A DNA stretch of 64,000 bases, taken from the NCBI GenBank assembly GCA_951406725.2, contig OX597819.1, positions 24,118,001 to 24,182,000 of the forward strand, given 5' to 3'. The first letter of the stretch is position 1; each line of letters starts with the position of its first letter. Positions 1 through 12,254 of the stretch are shown here, piece after piece. The stretch comes from Octopus vulgaris (Eukaryota). The position numbers were made by a program, and so were the translations under genes. The notes beneath the pieces were generated by a model, which did not search any database, was not told where the DNA came from, and saw only the letters and a program-made list of their open reading frames with translations.

Positions 1-873
1 GGTACTAATATTGCTTCTGTCGCTAATTGCAACGCTTGTGCTTGAATAGACACCGATATTCTATAAATCGTTGACAGGAGATTCGGCTATTATGTCGTTG
101 TTTGACATCTGTCACTGAGAGCCCATAGCAGGGCGAAATCACGTGATCTGCCAGTTCCGGCGGCGGTAGGAGACGCTTATTGTCTGTGAACAAAATCATT
201 ATGAGTGCTTTGTGCAGCACGAATCCATATCAAAGAACGCAACGCACCTGCCGCTCTAGGAACTGAAACCACCATCTCGCGATCGTGCGTCCAACAAGCC
301 TGACCACTAGATCAAGCATCGTCACACACACACATACACCGCACACACACACACACACACACACACCAAAATGTAAGAATGTATATTAGCGTAGAAGTTC
401 TAATTACTTTCGTTTGAATGTCGAGTTAATGAACTATGTTCCTTGCATATTTCTACTAGTTAATTTTTATTTAAAAGTATTAAATATCTTATATAGGGAT
501 TTTGCCAAACATTTGGATTGGATGAAGAGGTTCAGTAGAAATACCCTCCGCGTTTAGCAAGACCTCAGACCACTAGAGATTTTTTTGGGGGAGACTTAGA
601 AAGTGAAGTTTACGTTACAAAACCGGTTAGAGTCGACGAATTGAGGGCATCCACTAACAAGAAAACGCAAAAATATCGAATGAAATGTATCTTGATATCT
701 GTGCTATCATCAGTGCCTTGACTAGAATGGTCATCAGTTTAGAAACAGGCGTTCCTAATAAATTAAATTCTATCTATTGATTCTATTACAATTTGAAAAT
801 GAATAAACACTGACTTTATAATCATTCGTTGTGTGAGTGTGTACAGGTTTTGACACTGTATATAAATAAATGT

Positions 874-1138
874 GGAGGCGCAATGGCCCAGTGGTTAGGG
901 CAGCGGACTCGCGGTCAAAGGATCGCGGTTTCGATTCCCAGACCAGGCGTTGTGTGTGTTTATTGAGCGAAAACACCTAAAAGCTCCACGAGGCTCCGGC
1001 AGGGGATGGTGGTGATCCCTGCTGTACTCTTTCACTACTCTTTCTCCCACTCTTTCTTCTGTTGGCCTGCTCGCTTAGCCAGCGGGGTGGCGTCATTCAA
1101 ATGCTAAAAACAATGCGAACGCATTGTGACCAGCGATA
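874..1138 (+). mobile_element. tRNA-derived SINE, group 1 (head 1 + tail A)
   Basis: Pol III A-box-like tggcccagtggttagg and B-box-like ggtttcgattcc; near-identical reverse copy at 34929-35212 and the same head at 29153 and 36282. Confidence 0.85.
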
Positions 1139-1227
1139 TAAATAAATACCCACGTACACACACACACATACATGAGTACGTATGTATATCTCTCTCTATA
1201 TATATATCTGTGTATGTATGTTTTTGT

Positions 1228-1273
<46 letters not shown>

Positions 1274-1499
1274 TCAGTGACGGTGTGTCGCTAGAAAAAG
1301 GATATAGTATCTTGCGATATCGCCCAGAAACTCGGTTCTGTGTGTATCACGTGAGGTTAAAGATGAGAGCGACGACCTCCCTCGCAAATACTAATCGGAC
1401 ACAGACTGTGTGTCGTAGCACCGTCCTCTATAGGATCGCCATATTTAGTTGGCAAATATGTTTTACAGTATATATATATATATGTATATATTATTTATA

Positions 1500-2370
1500 T
1501 TATTTTTAATTGAACGCCATGCATCCATTTCCAAGTAAGTTTGTCTTAACCTTTTTGATGCAGATCTACTCTATAGTGTTTTATCCCCATTCTACTCTAA
1601 TTCCTTTTTTCTCCCCTTCACCGTTTTCTATCTGTTTTTGTCTCTCTCTCCCCTCTTTTTCTTTTTCTGTCGCTCATTGCACACACGTGACCATCGTCCA
1701 TCTTACTTTTCCTTACGTGAACAACTTTCTTTTCCTGCACGACGTTCTTAAGACTGGATATCTTTTATCTCTCTCTTCTATCTTTTCTCTTTCCAAAGAA
1801 AATGTTTTTCCCAGCATCCACTATTTTCCATTCGTTCTGGTCTAAGGACCCTACATGTTTCCTGTTTTTGTTCCCAAATTTTACCCTCCATAAATCCAAA
1901 ATTATATTTTGGAATTTATGGGAGCAACTGTCTTCGAAGTCTCATTTCCTTGTTGAATGCTCGAAATGAGGATTAGATAGATAGCCGACAACTGATAAAG
2001 GGTCATTCTTTGTGTTACTTGTCCTGTTATCTATTTACTCTTGTTGTTTGCGTATCTAACCCGTTTGTTTTCGTACTTCATGTTGTTTACACAGTTGGTA
2101 ACGTCCTGTACCCATATATATATATACATATATATGTATATATATATATATATATATATTATTTACATTGTTATTTAATTGAACGCCACGCATCCATTTC
2201 CACGTAATTTTATCTTAATCTTTTTGATGCAACTCTACTCTATATTGTTTTCTCCCCCAGACTTTTCTAATTCCTTTTTTCTCCCCGTTACAGCTTTCTC
2301 TCTGTTTCTCTCCCCCTCTTTCCCTGTTCTCTGTCGTTTTTAGCACATTTGGTGACGTCCTGTACCCATA
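1500..2370. repeat. Interspersed (TA)n-associated repeat, two partial tandem units
   Basis: ttgaacgccacgcatccatttcc block at ~1510, ~2179 and ~12190. The aactgat(g)aagg...gacgtcctgtacccatatat block recurs at ~1990-2115, ~11700-11845 and ~34687-34835. Confidence 0.6.
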
Positions 2371-2469
2371 TATGTATATTGCATATATATATTATATATA
2401 TATATACATATATATAGTGTATATATATGTACATATATATTGTGTATATATATACATATATATTCTGTG

Positions 2470-2518
<49 letters not shown>

Positions 2519-2585
2519 ATATTATATATACATATATATTGTATGTATATATACATATTTATTGTATATATATATATACATATAT

Positions 2586-2625
<40 letters not shown>

Positions 2626-2643
2626 CATACATACCCATTGTAA

Positions 2644-2679
<36 letters not shown>

Positions 2680-2889
2680 GCTTTACTACCCACAAGGGGC
2701 TAAACACAGAGAGGACAAACGATTTTAGTCGATTATATCGACCCCAGTGCGTAAGTGGTACTTATTTAATCGACCCCGAAAGGATGAAAGGCAAAGTCGA
2801 CCTCGGCAGAATTTGAACTTAGAACGTAACCGCAAGGATATACTGCTAAGCATTTCGCCCGGCGTGCTAACGATTCTACCAGCTCGCCT

Positions 2890-2890
<1 letters not shown>
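2680..2890 (-). mobile_element. SINE group 2 (ggcgagctggcagaa head; gtcgactttgcctttcatcctttcggggtcgat core)
   Basis: Reverse complement of the element found many times across the window. Confidence 0.8.
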
Positions 2891-2942
<52 letters not shown>

Positions 2943-3428
2943 GCGAGAAAAAAGCAACAAGAATGGATAGGTTTTTAGTACAATCGTTTCATACAAGGAC
3001 AGGCTTTATTAAAAGTAGCAAAAATTGCAGCATATAAACGTGTTGCGTACTCATCAGCTAAAATACATGTGAGTTCTCTAGACATCCTAGTGGTTGAGGC
3101 TATACTCATGAAGTAATGTAGATAATTAAGTAACATAAACAGATTTCCAAAGTTCATTAAAGTTCATTAAAGATGATGTACAGTCTTATCACAGAATTTT
3201 AAAAAAGTTTTAATAGCATCACAGAGAAGGTAACTTAATCCATAGTGTACATATGAATTTCCAGAGATATGAGGAGGGATTACATACTCACAGACGACAA
3301 ATTTATCCATTGCTAATCACAACGAGGTGGGTTTCAATTCCTGCTTATTAGCATTACAGAGAGGGTGAATTAATCCTTTGTATAGATGCACAATTTCCAA
3401 TGGTGTAGATGTAAATTTCCAGAGAAAT
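2943..3428 (-). repeat. Left inverted arm (copy of the pseudo-LTR)
   Basis: Reverse complement of 5605-6090 with about 5 mismatches by eye. The ORF track shows twin 60-aa ORFs at 2975-3157(-) and 5876-6058(+). Confidence 0.95.
2973..3063 (-). ncRNA. Type I hammerhead ribozyme motif (left arm)
   Basis: Minus strand reads ttttag CTGATGA gtacgcaacac...tgtccttgtat GAAA CGATTG TA ctaaaa; helix I is ttttag/ctaaaa. Confidence 0.78.
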
Positions 3429-4479
3429 CTCTCATAGATATCATAGAATTATTTCTAGGAAAACAGTTAGGATTTCTTATTCAACCCTCCCAAATATGTC
3501 CACTTTAATAGCTAAGATTAATAATAACAACATTAAACTAGCCAGGAAAAATAGAAATAAAAATAATAATATCAGCATGAATACCAATAGCAATTATAAT
3601 ATTACTACCAACAATAAAAACAGCAATAGTAACTATCAAAACATGGGTGAAATTAGTTACCACAGAATGACTAATAACATTAACATTAATAGTAATAATA
3701 ACAATACCGATATTAATAGAAGTAATAATGTTAATAATAGAAATAATAGAAATAAGGCTAATAGAGAAAATAAGGAGAATGAAAATATCAGTGATATCTA
3801 TAGCAACAATATGCAGTCGGATAAAAAGACTAACAATAATAGTAACATTACCAATAATATAAGAAATCATGGTAGGACTTTAGACCTAAAAGATGAAACA
3901 GAAGGATCAATAAATAATAGCAATACTTTAGATATCAGCACCAACTATAGAAATATTAATAACAATAAGGACAATTATACTCATGATAATCAAAATAATA
4001 GGAACCTAAGACATCTACCCAAGAATAATCCAAAACCTGAAGTTGTTCCTCCTGTGTGTAAGTGTAGAATAAAATCAAAATGCCCGGCACCTGGTCTATG
4101 CGGGGAAAATAATGTAATCTATAAATGTACCATATCCACGGAGAATAACAAATATTTTTACATTGGATGTACAATTAATTTTCTAGCCAGAGTTAGAAAT
4201 CACATCTCGTCTTTTAAATTACGTCATAAAGCTGGTACCACCACACTTTCAAACAAAATCTGGGAACTCAAAAATAATAATAATAATTACAACCTTAATT
4301 GGGAAATAGTTAGGAGAGCAATTCCGTATAAAAATAGCAGGGTTGGTTGCCAACTATGCTCCATGGAGACGTATGAAATTCTAAAGCATAGAAAACATAG
4401 AAACTTATTGAATAACCATATCGAACTAGGTCAAGTTTGTGTCCACGCTAAATTGGAGACTTTAAAATATTTAAAATGA
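3421..4479 (+). CDS. C-terminal part of a Penelope-like RT-EN polyprotein: linker, Asn-rich insert, Cys motif and GIY-YIG endonuclease (first ATG at 3496)
   Basis: CKCRIKSKCPAPGLC (4057-), VIY (4114-4122)...YIG (4159-4167), R..NH, TTLSNKIWELK, CQLCSME, LLN, terminal CVH. The frame stays open upstream of the ATG as HRYHRIISRKTVRISYSTLPNM, matching the PLE post-RT motif HKIFNRNTVKVSYSCMPN as I recall it. Confidence 0.88.
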   Translation, partial: REISHRYHRIISRKTVRISYSTLPNMSTLIAKINNNNIKLARKNRNKNNNISMNTNSNYNITTNNKNSNSNYQNMGEISYHRMTNNININSNNNNTDINRSNNVNNRNNRNKANRENKENENISDIYSNNMQSDKKTNNNSNITNNIRNHGRTLDLKDETEGSINNSNTLDISTNYRNINNNKDNYTHDNQNNRNLRHLPKNNPKPEVVPPVCKCRIKSKCPAPGLCGENNVIYKCTISTENNKYFYIGCTINFLARVRNHISSFKLRHKAGTTTLSNKIWELKNNNNNYNLNWEIVRRAIPYKNSRVGCQLCSMETYEILKHRKHRNLLNNHIELGQVCVHAKLETLKYLK

Positions 4480-5604
4480 TTAGAATACTCGTAACTAGAT
4501 AGATAGATAGATATAACTTGATTTTTACTAGTATAGCACTGCTTTAAGTAGATAACTAAGAGTTCTCACACTACAGTTATCTTTTTCCTTATATCTGCAT
4601 CAGTTTTTTTTGAGAACAGGGAAATGAATAGTACTTATACGCTGCTTAATTGAGGCTTTATTTAATTTCAAACTCATAATTTTAAATTTTTAAATCTTAA
4701 TTTTAAATCTTAATTTTAATTTTAATTTTAATTCTTAACTTAATCTAATTTAAGTAGCATAACTTTAATAAAATAAAATGAGTTACTAAAGCCCCATAAT
4801 TCTATTTCAAAATTAAATAAATAAGGCTACTCCCTCGGTGATAATATGATTATCTTCATTATGATAGACAATTCCCTAACACCTTGTAAATGATCTTCTA
4901 AGATTTGACCTGTAGTCCGTCAATGTATGAATAATAACGGCAACTCCTTAAGACAGTAAAATGAATAAAATAAATAAATAAATTTTAATAACTTTTTGAT
5001 AAGATTATACTTAGATTTTCCTAATGTATTTTCTTTTGATTTTAGCCTTTGACCACTAAACCCCTAAACCCCTGACCGTGTTATCTCTTTAGATTCTCTT
5101 TAAATTCATAGCTGCTTTCGACAGCAATAAATTAGCTGTTTTACTGGTCAAAGAATAATATTCTCCTCTAGTTCCTAGATGCCTGTAAATTAAAACCAGA
5201 CTTGCCGTCTACTAATTCTTCTGTATAACTAGAACCCTCTTTTTTTCTTTTTCTTTTTTTCCCTTCTTTCCCTATTTCTTTCTCTTTTCTCTTTTTTTTT
5301 TTTTCTTCTTCTTCTTATTCTCTTTTTCTTTTTTTCTTTTTCCTTTTCTCTTCTCTTCTAGCCCCCCCCCTTTTGCTCCCTCCCCCTTTATTTTCTCTCT
5401 TTCCTTCTCTTTCCTTCCCTTTTCTGTTCTTTGCCTCTCCAGAAAGCCCTTCAGCCTTTAAAAGTTAAATAGCTACAGTCTCTTGAAAATAGCAGTAATG
5501 TGATTAATGTGGCAAATACCTAATCATATAGCAAGAATTGATACCCACCCCATTGTGTTCAACCATTGATAAATTTATCGCCTGTGAATATGAAATTCCT
5601 CTTC

Positions 5605-6090
5605 ATTTCTCTGGAAATTTACATCTACACCATTGGAAATTGTGCATCTATACAAAGGATTAATTCACCCTCTCTGTAATGCTAATAAGCAGGAATTGAA
5701 ACCCACCTCGTTGTGATTAGCAATGGATAAATTTGTCGTCTGTGAGTATGTAATCCCTCCTCATATCTCTGGAAATTCATATGTACACTATGGATTAAGT
5801 CACCTTCTCTGTGATGCTATTAAAACTTTTTTAAAATTCTGTGATAAGACTGTACATCATCTTTAATGAACTTTAATGAACTTTGGAAATCTGTTTATGT
5901 TACTTAATTATCTACATTACTTCATGAGTATAGCCTCAACCACTAGGATGTCTAGAGAACTCACATGTATTTTAGCTGATGAGTACGGGACACGTTTATA
6001 TGCTGCAATTTTTGCAACTTTTAATAAAGCCTGTCCTTGTATGAAACGATTGTACTAAAAACCTATCCATTCTTGTTTCTTTTTTCTCGC
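5605..6090 (+). repeat. Right arm (pseudo-LTR) of the Penelope-like element
   Basis: Inverted counterpart of 2943-3428. Confidence 0.95.
5970..6060 (+). ncRNA. Type I hammerhead ribozyme motif (right arm); predicted cleavage after GUA at 6054
   Basis: Helix I 5970-5975/6055-6060; CTGATGA 5976-5982; helix II gtacgggaca/tgtccttgtat; GAAA 6043-6046; helix III ACGATTGT; GTA 6052-6054. Confidence 0.85.
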
Positions 6091-6207
6091 TTATAATCAC
6101 CCCACATTACTGTATTGTTAAAACCGTATAGTTTGTTTTGGTGCATCTAAGTTAGGTACCATATTCAAGTAAATTCATTTAAATTAACTTGAATCTTTAT
6201 TGCTTTT

Positions 6208-6246
<39 letters not shown>

Positions 6247-6384
6247 CTGTAGTGTGGTTTATAGGGCATGGTATACAATGTGATCCTTTGTTCTGTATTT
6301 CAAAGCTGTGTTACTAGGTATCTAATTAATTTCAAATTCTATTAATTTTCATCCATATCTAGAAAACAATGTATATATATAAAT

Positions 6385-6811
6385 AAAAAAAAAGGCATCG
6401 GAGGGGCGATGAATACCCTGCGCGCAGATATATATATTTTTTTGCACATTATAGTGTGACTTACAGTGAGTTACTTACCCATGCTTTTAATTGAACTAAA
6501 TTAAGCTCTGTAAGTGTTTGACTTAAAGAGCCTACAGTCGCATATGTATGTATGTACTCACATGTGTCTACATGCATGGGTACAGCATGATCCTTCCACA
6601 CGTAGATGAGGCGTGATTCATATGATAAAGAAAGCGAACAAAATGAAAAACCTCTAGAAAATATTGAGAAGTGTATGACCACTTGCTTATCGAGAAATTT
6701 GTAAATTCGATTAAAAAATGTTTATTTAAGTATCACCATTATAGCTATTTATACTCTCGTGAAATTAAGAAATTAACTTGTAAATAAACGAAAACCCTCG
6801 AATACATCACT

Positions 6812-6870
<59 letters not shown>

Positions 6871-7065
6871 CGTATACTTATGTATGTATTTATGCATGTT
6901 TGAAGATAATTAAACCATATTTTTATCATTTTGAGCCACTCTCCCAGTGAATATTTCTGCCAAGTTTCGTGAAAATCAGTTTAGCGGTTTTCCAGTAATT
7001 TTGCAAACAAACAGACAAACAAAAGTGATTACAACACAATGCTTTCGCTTACACGCGCAGGGTAA
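6385..7065 (-). mobile_element. Non-autonomous Helentron-associated (HINE/DINE-1-like) element
   Basis: 11-bp subterminal inverted repeats taccctgcgcg (6414-6424) / cgcgcagggta (7054-7064); hairpin catcg-gagggg-cgatg beside an A-run at one end; internal (CA)n; caagtttcgtgaaaatc...caaacaaacagacaaac block. Confidence 0.6.
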
Positions 7066-7239
7066 ACGTGAAGAATACAGCCCATACGTTAATTCAGTAC
7101 ATCCTTTCACTTTGCAGAATCTTGATTCTGTTAAAACGATGAACTTTCAGACTACTATACATTATTTCAAGGCAAGTATACAAACTCTGATGATTTCACG
7201 ATGTAGTCTGAATGTAAAGTACATCTCTGCCTAACAGAA

Positions 7240-8230
<991 letters not shown>

Positions 8231-8257
8231 ATAGATATATACACAATATACATCGTA

Positions 8258-8651
8258 CTCTCTCTTTTTACTCTTTTACATGTTTCAGTCATTTGACTGC
8301 GGCCATGCAGGAGCACAGCCTTTAGTCGAGCAAATCGACCCCAGGACTTTGTAAGCCTAGTACTTATTGTATCGGTCTATTTTGCCGAACTGATAAGTTA
8401 CGGGGACATGAACACACCAGCATCGGTTGTCAAGCGATGTTGGGAGACAAACACAGACACACAAACACACGCATATATATATACATATACACGACATGCT
8501 TCTTTCAGTTTCCGTCTACTACCAAATCCACTCACAAGGCTTTGGTCGGACCGAGGCTATAGTAGAAGACACTTGCCCAAAGTGCCACGCAGTGGGACTG
8601 AACCCGGAACCATGTGGTTGGTAAGCAAGCTAGTTACCACACAGCCACTCC
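8258..8651 (-). mobile_element. SINE group 3 (tRNA head, CORE-like gcaccttgggcaagtg block, internal microsatellite, gtaaaaga-repeat tail)
   Basis: Minus strand begins ggagtggctgtgtggtaa...gggttcagtccc and ends catggccgcagtcaaatgactgaaaca; many copies in the window. Confidence 0.85.
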
Positions 8652-8904
8652 TATATGTACACAAGTATATTTATCGGTATTTGCTTTCATTGGTAAAATT
8701 ATATTCTTTTATAAGTTGTTCTATTTACAAATAGTTTTTTTTAAAATATTGGCCTTGTAAAGAAATATAAAATGATATTTAATAAAGGAATCTGATTATA
8801 ATGTAACCCACTTCAGATGATGTCAGTGATGGTATCAATAGTGGTGGTAGGTGGGACAGTGTCACTGACTGCATGAAAGGATTGTTAATATTCTCTGAGC
8901 TCAG

Positions 8905-9957
8905 GGCGGCAAGTTCGCTGAATCGTTAGCACGCCGGGCAAAATACTTAGCGGCATTTCGTCCGTCTTAAAGTTCTAGGTTCAAATTCCGCCGAGGTCGA
9001 CTTTGCCTTTCATCCTTTAGAAGTCGATAGAAGAAGTATCAGTAAAACACTGAGATCGATATCACTGATTTATCCCCTCCCTGAAATTGCTGGCCTTGTG
9101 CCAAAATTTGAAACCAACAATCTCTGCGCTTAGGGTGGTGGAGATAACCGAGAAAGCGTAGTAGATTAGAGCTTAAATGGAGGGGAGAAAAAATAAAATT
9201 CATGAGCTTTGATGGCTATTTTACATATAGGAGAGAGAAAAGGGAATAACTGCTAAATCAAAAATAATTTGTCATTGAATAGAGGTACGTCGTTAGATCA
9301 ACTGAATTCTGAATTAATGGATACCTATTCCTTTACTACCCACAAGGGGCTAAACATAGAAAGGACAAACAAGGAAGGACATAGGTATTAAGTCGATTAC
9401 ATCGACCCCAGTGCGTAACTGGTACTTAATTTATTGACTGCGAAACGATGAAAGGCAAAGTCGACCTCGGCGGAATTTGAACTCACAACGTAACGGCAGA
9501 CGAAATGCCGCAAAGCATTTCTCTCGGCATGCTAACATTTCTGCCAGCTCGCCGCCTATTCTGAATCAATGGATACCTGGCTGAGTATTCCACAGAAACA
9601 TAATGTTTCTGTGAAATGATGTGATAAGTAAAGCGTGCCTCCGGTGAAGTTACTCTAAACGTAATTCCCAGGCAAAATATGGGTGTCACGGTGTTTTACA
9701 GTTGAATTTCCGACACAATCAATCCAACAGATTCCGTCTACGCAATTTCACTCACAGTCTATGGGGGCCATAGCCTTATTTCGTCTGCCGTTACGTTCTG
9801 AGTTCAAATTCCGCCGAGGTCGACTTTGCCTTTCATCCTTTCGGGGTCGATAAATTAAGTACCAGTTACGCACTGGGGTCGATGTAATCGACTTGATCCG
9901 TTTGTCTGTCCTTGTTTGTCCTCTCTGTGTTTAGCCCTTTGTGGGTAGTAAAGAAAT
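8905..9957. mobile_element. Three SINE group 2 copies (+ ~8905-9115, - ~9320-9557, + ~9778-9957)
   Basis: Shared core ttcaaattccgccgaggtcgactttgcctttcatcc. Confidence 0.8.
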
Positions 9958-10636
9958 ACATTTATGGCTATATATATACAAAAGAAAATATTTGCCCAAG
10001 ATGCCATGTAAAGTGATTGAACTTGAGACGTCATAGTAATGCAGCCAGCTTCTTAATACCTGGCTATACAGCACCTAAACAAAAGATGTTAATCCAGGCA
10101 TGAACAAGCATAAAAGAGGAGTGCCACTTGACTTTGCTAGAAGGATGTTTGGATGTAAGAATACACAAAAAATGAAGTTAGTCAATTAGCACCCCATCCC
10201 ATACGCCCCCGCTATAAAAATGACCTACGGCCTTTTCACCAAACAAATAAAAAATATCTGATTTTTTTTTTCAACGAGTCCTATCAACGCTACTGTTTCT
10301 AAGTCTTTAAGTAATGGGTGTTTTCAATAGACAGAACATCTTAGGTAAATATTAAATTACATGTGTTCTGATACAATATATTAAATAGGTAGACGTACAA
10401 GGGTGTCGATGAATAGGTAGTGAAATATTGTGTGAAGCACAAAATATCGTTGTTACAAATAGCATTGTGTATTTCTAAAGCCTTTATTTAAAAGTGCTTT
10501 GAGTAGAAGGTTTCATATTAATGTTCTTTTTTTTGTATGTGTGTGGTACTAATCGCGCAGGTGCCAATCTGTCGCAGACTTGTTTTTCAAGCGACTCTCT
10601 TCTGATGATTTCAACACAAAGGTAGACTCTAAAGGA

Positions 10637-11038
10637 AGGCGGCGAGCTGGCAGAAACGTTAGCACGCCGGGCAAAATGCGTAGCCGTATTTCGTCTGCCG
10701 TTACGTTCTGAGTTCAAATTCCGCCTTTCATCCTTTCGGAGTCGATAAATTAAGTACCAGTTATGCACTGGGGTCGATGTAATTGACTTAATACCTATGT
10801 CTGTCCTTGTTTGTCCTCTCTGTGTTTAGCCCCTTGTGGGTAGTAAAGAAATAGGTATTTCGTCTGCCGTACGTTCTGAGTTCAAATTCCGCCGAGGTCG
10901 ACTTTGCCTTTCATCCTTTCGGGGTCGATTAAATAAGAACTAGTTACGCACTGGGGTCGATATAATCGACTTAATCCGTTTGTCTGTCCTTGTTTGTCCC
11001 TTCTGTGTTTAGCCCCTTGCGGGTAGTAAAGGAATAGG
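10637..11038 (+). mobile_element. SINE group 2 with tandemly duplicated ~180-bp body
   Basis: Head ggcggcgagctggcagaaacgttagc followed by two body units, each starting tatttcgtctgccg. Confidence 0.85.
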
Positions 11039-11073
11039 TGCTTCTGTTAATCCTGTTCCTTTATACATTCATT

Positions 11074-11113
<40 letters not shown>

Positions 11114-11844
11114 TATATGTATATGTATGCAATAAGGTGTGGATTGACAGGAAAAAATTATCACACAAAATACCTTGCATTATCTAGTTATCTAGTAACT
11201 GAGTGCAAATTTACATTCTTTACAAGTAAGTAAAATGAGTGACAAATACTGAAACCAAATTCATGGACATTTACAAACTTTATGACGCAGAGCCGGAGCC
11301 AAAAATCAAAATAGCCTCACTCTTACAATATGTACCGTTCTATATTTTTATATTTCAGGCTACGCAAGTGCAAAAGTTAATTCAAGTTTTATGGAATTAT
11401 CTCCCTTGCTTTAATACATACATACATACATACATACATACATGTAGCTTGAAAGAGGAAAACGTGTTCTCGTTTGTCTCCTGTCCAAGCTTGATTTACG
11501 CGTTGGCGACCACAACCTCGTTTAGGCTTACCAGCCCTTCCTGTTTGTTTTCACTCTCCTGTTTTTGTTACCAATTTTGACCCTCCGCAAAATCCCAAAC
11601 TTTATTTAATTTGCTTTGCGGGAGGAAAGCAAATTTGTTTTATCGAAAGCGTATATTGTTGTTAAATGCTCGAAATACGAGACTAGATAAAACAGCCAAC
11701 AACTGATGAAGGGACGTTTTTTTACGTTGTTCGTTTTGTTTTCCATTTCTGTCTTTTGTTGTTCGAAAGAATAGTTCATGTTCCATGTACTCGTGCTTCG
11801 TATTTTTTTGTTGTACACGTTTCGTGACATGCTGTACCAACATA

Positions 11845-11902
<58 letters not shown>

Positions 11903-11954
11903 TATATATATATATATGCATATATATATATATATATGCATATATATATATATA

Positions 11955-11992
<38 letters not shown>

Positions 11993-12086
11993 TATATATA
12001 TATATATGCATATATATATATATATGCATATATATATATATATATATATGCATATATATATATATATGCATATATATATATATATA

Positions 12087-12140
<54 letters not shown>

Positions 12141-12254
12141 TATGTATATATGCATATACATATATATATTATTTATATTATTATATGACTGAACGCCACG
12201 CATCCTATTCCAAGTAAGTTTTATCTACATACATACATACATGCATTCATACAT

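Larger units (their letters stand above)
2943..6210 (+). mobile_element. Penelope-like retroelement, 5'-truncated, with inverted pseudo-LTR, inserted in (TA)n
   Basis: GIY-YIG frame, 486-bp inverted arms each with a hammerhead motif, ~120 bp extra 3' tail (6091-6210), and (TA)n on both flanks. Confidence 0.88.

Noticed and set aside
874-950. tRNA genes at SINE heads (also 13237, 21237, 36282)
   Set aside because: A and B boxes are present, but acceptor stems do not close and each continues into a SINE body.
1270-1340. Possible hammerhead (ggatat...atatc stem, then GAAACTCGG)
   Set aside because: No CUGANGA core and no helix I in this copy.
2975-6058. Twin 60-aa ORFs MNFGNLFMLL... on opposite strands
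   Set aside because: By-product of the inverted arms; they overlap the hammerhead and show no protein features.
2943-6090. Reading the element as a cut-and-paste DNA transposon with long TIRs, or as a homing endonuclease gene
   Set aside because: No DDE transposase, the structure is asymmetric (extra 3' tail), the frame is cut at the arm boundary, and hammerheads point to a Penelope-like retroelement.
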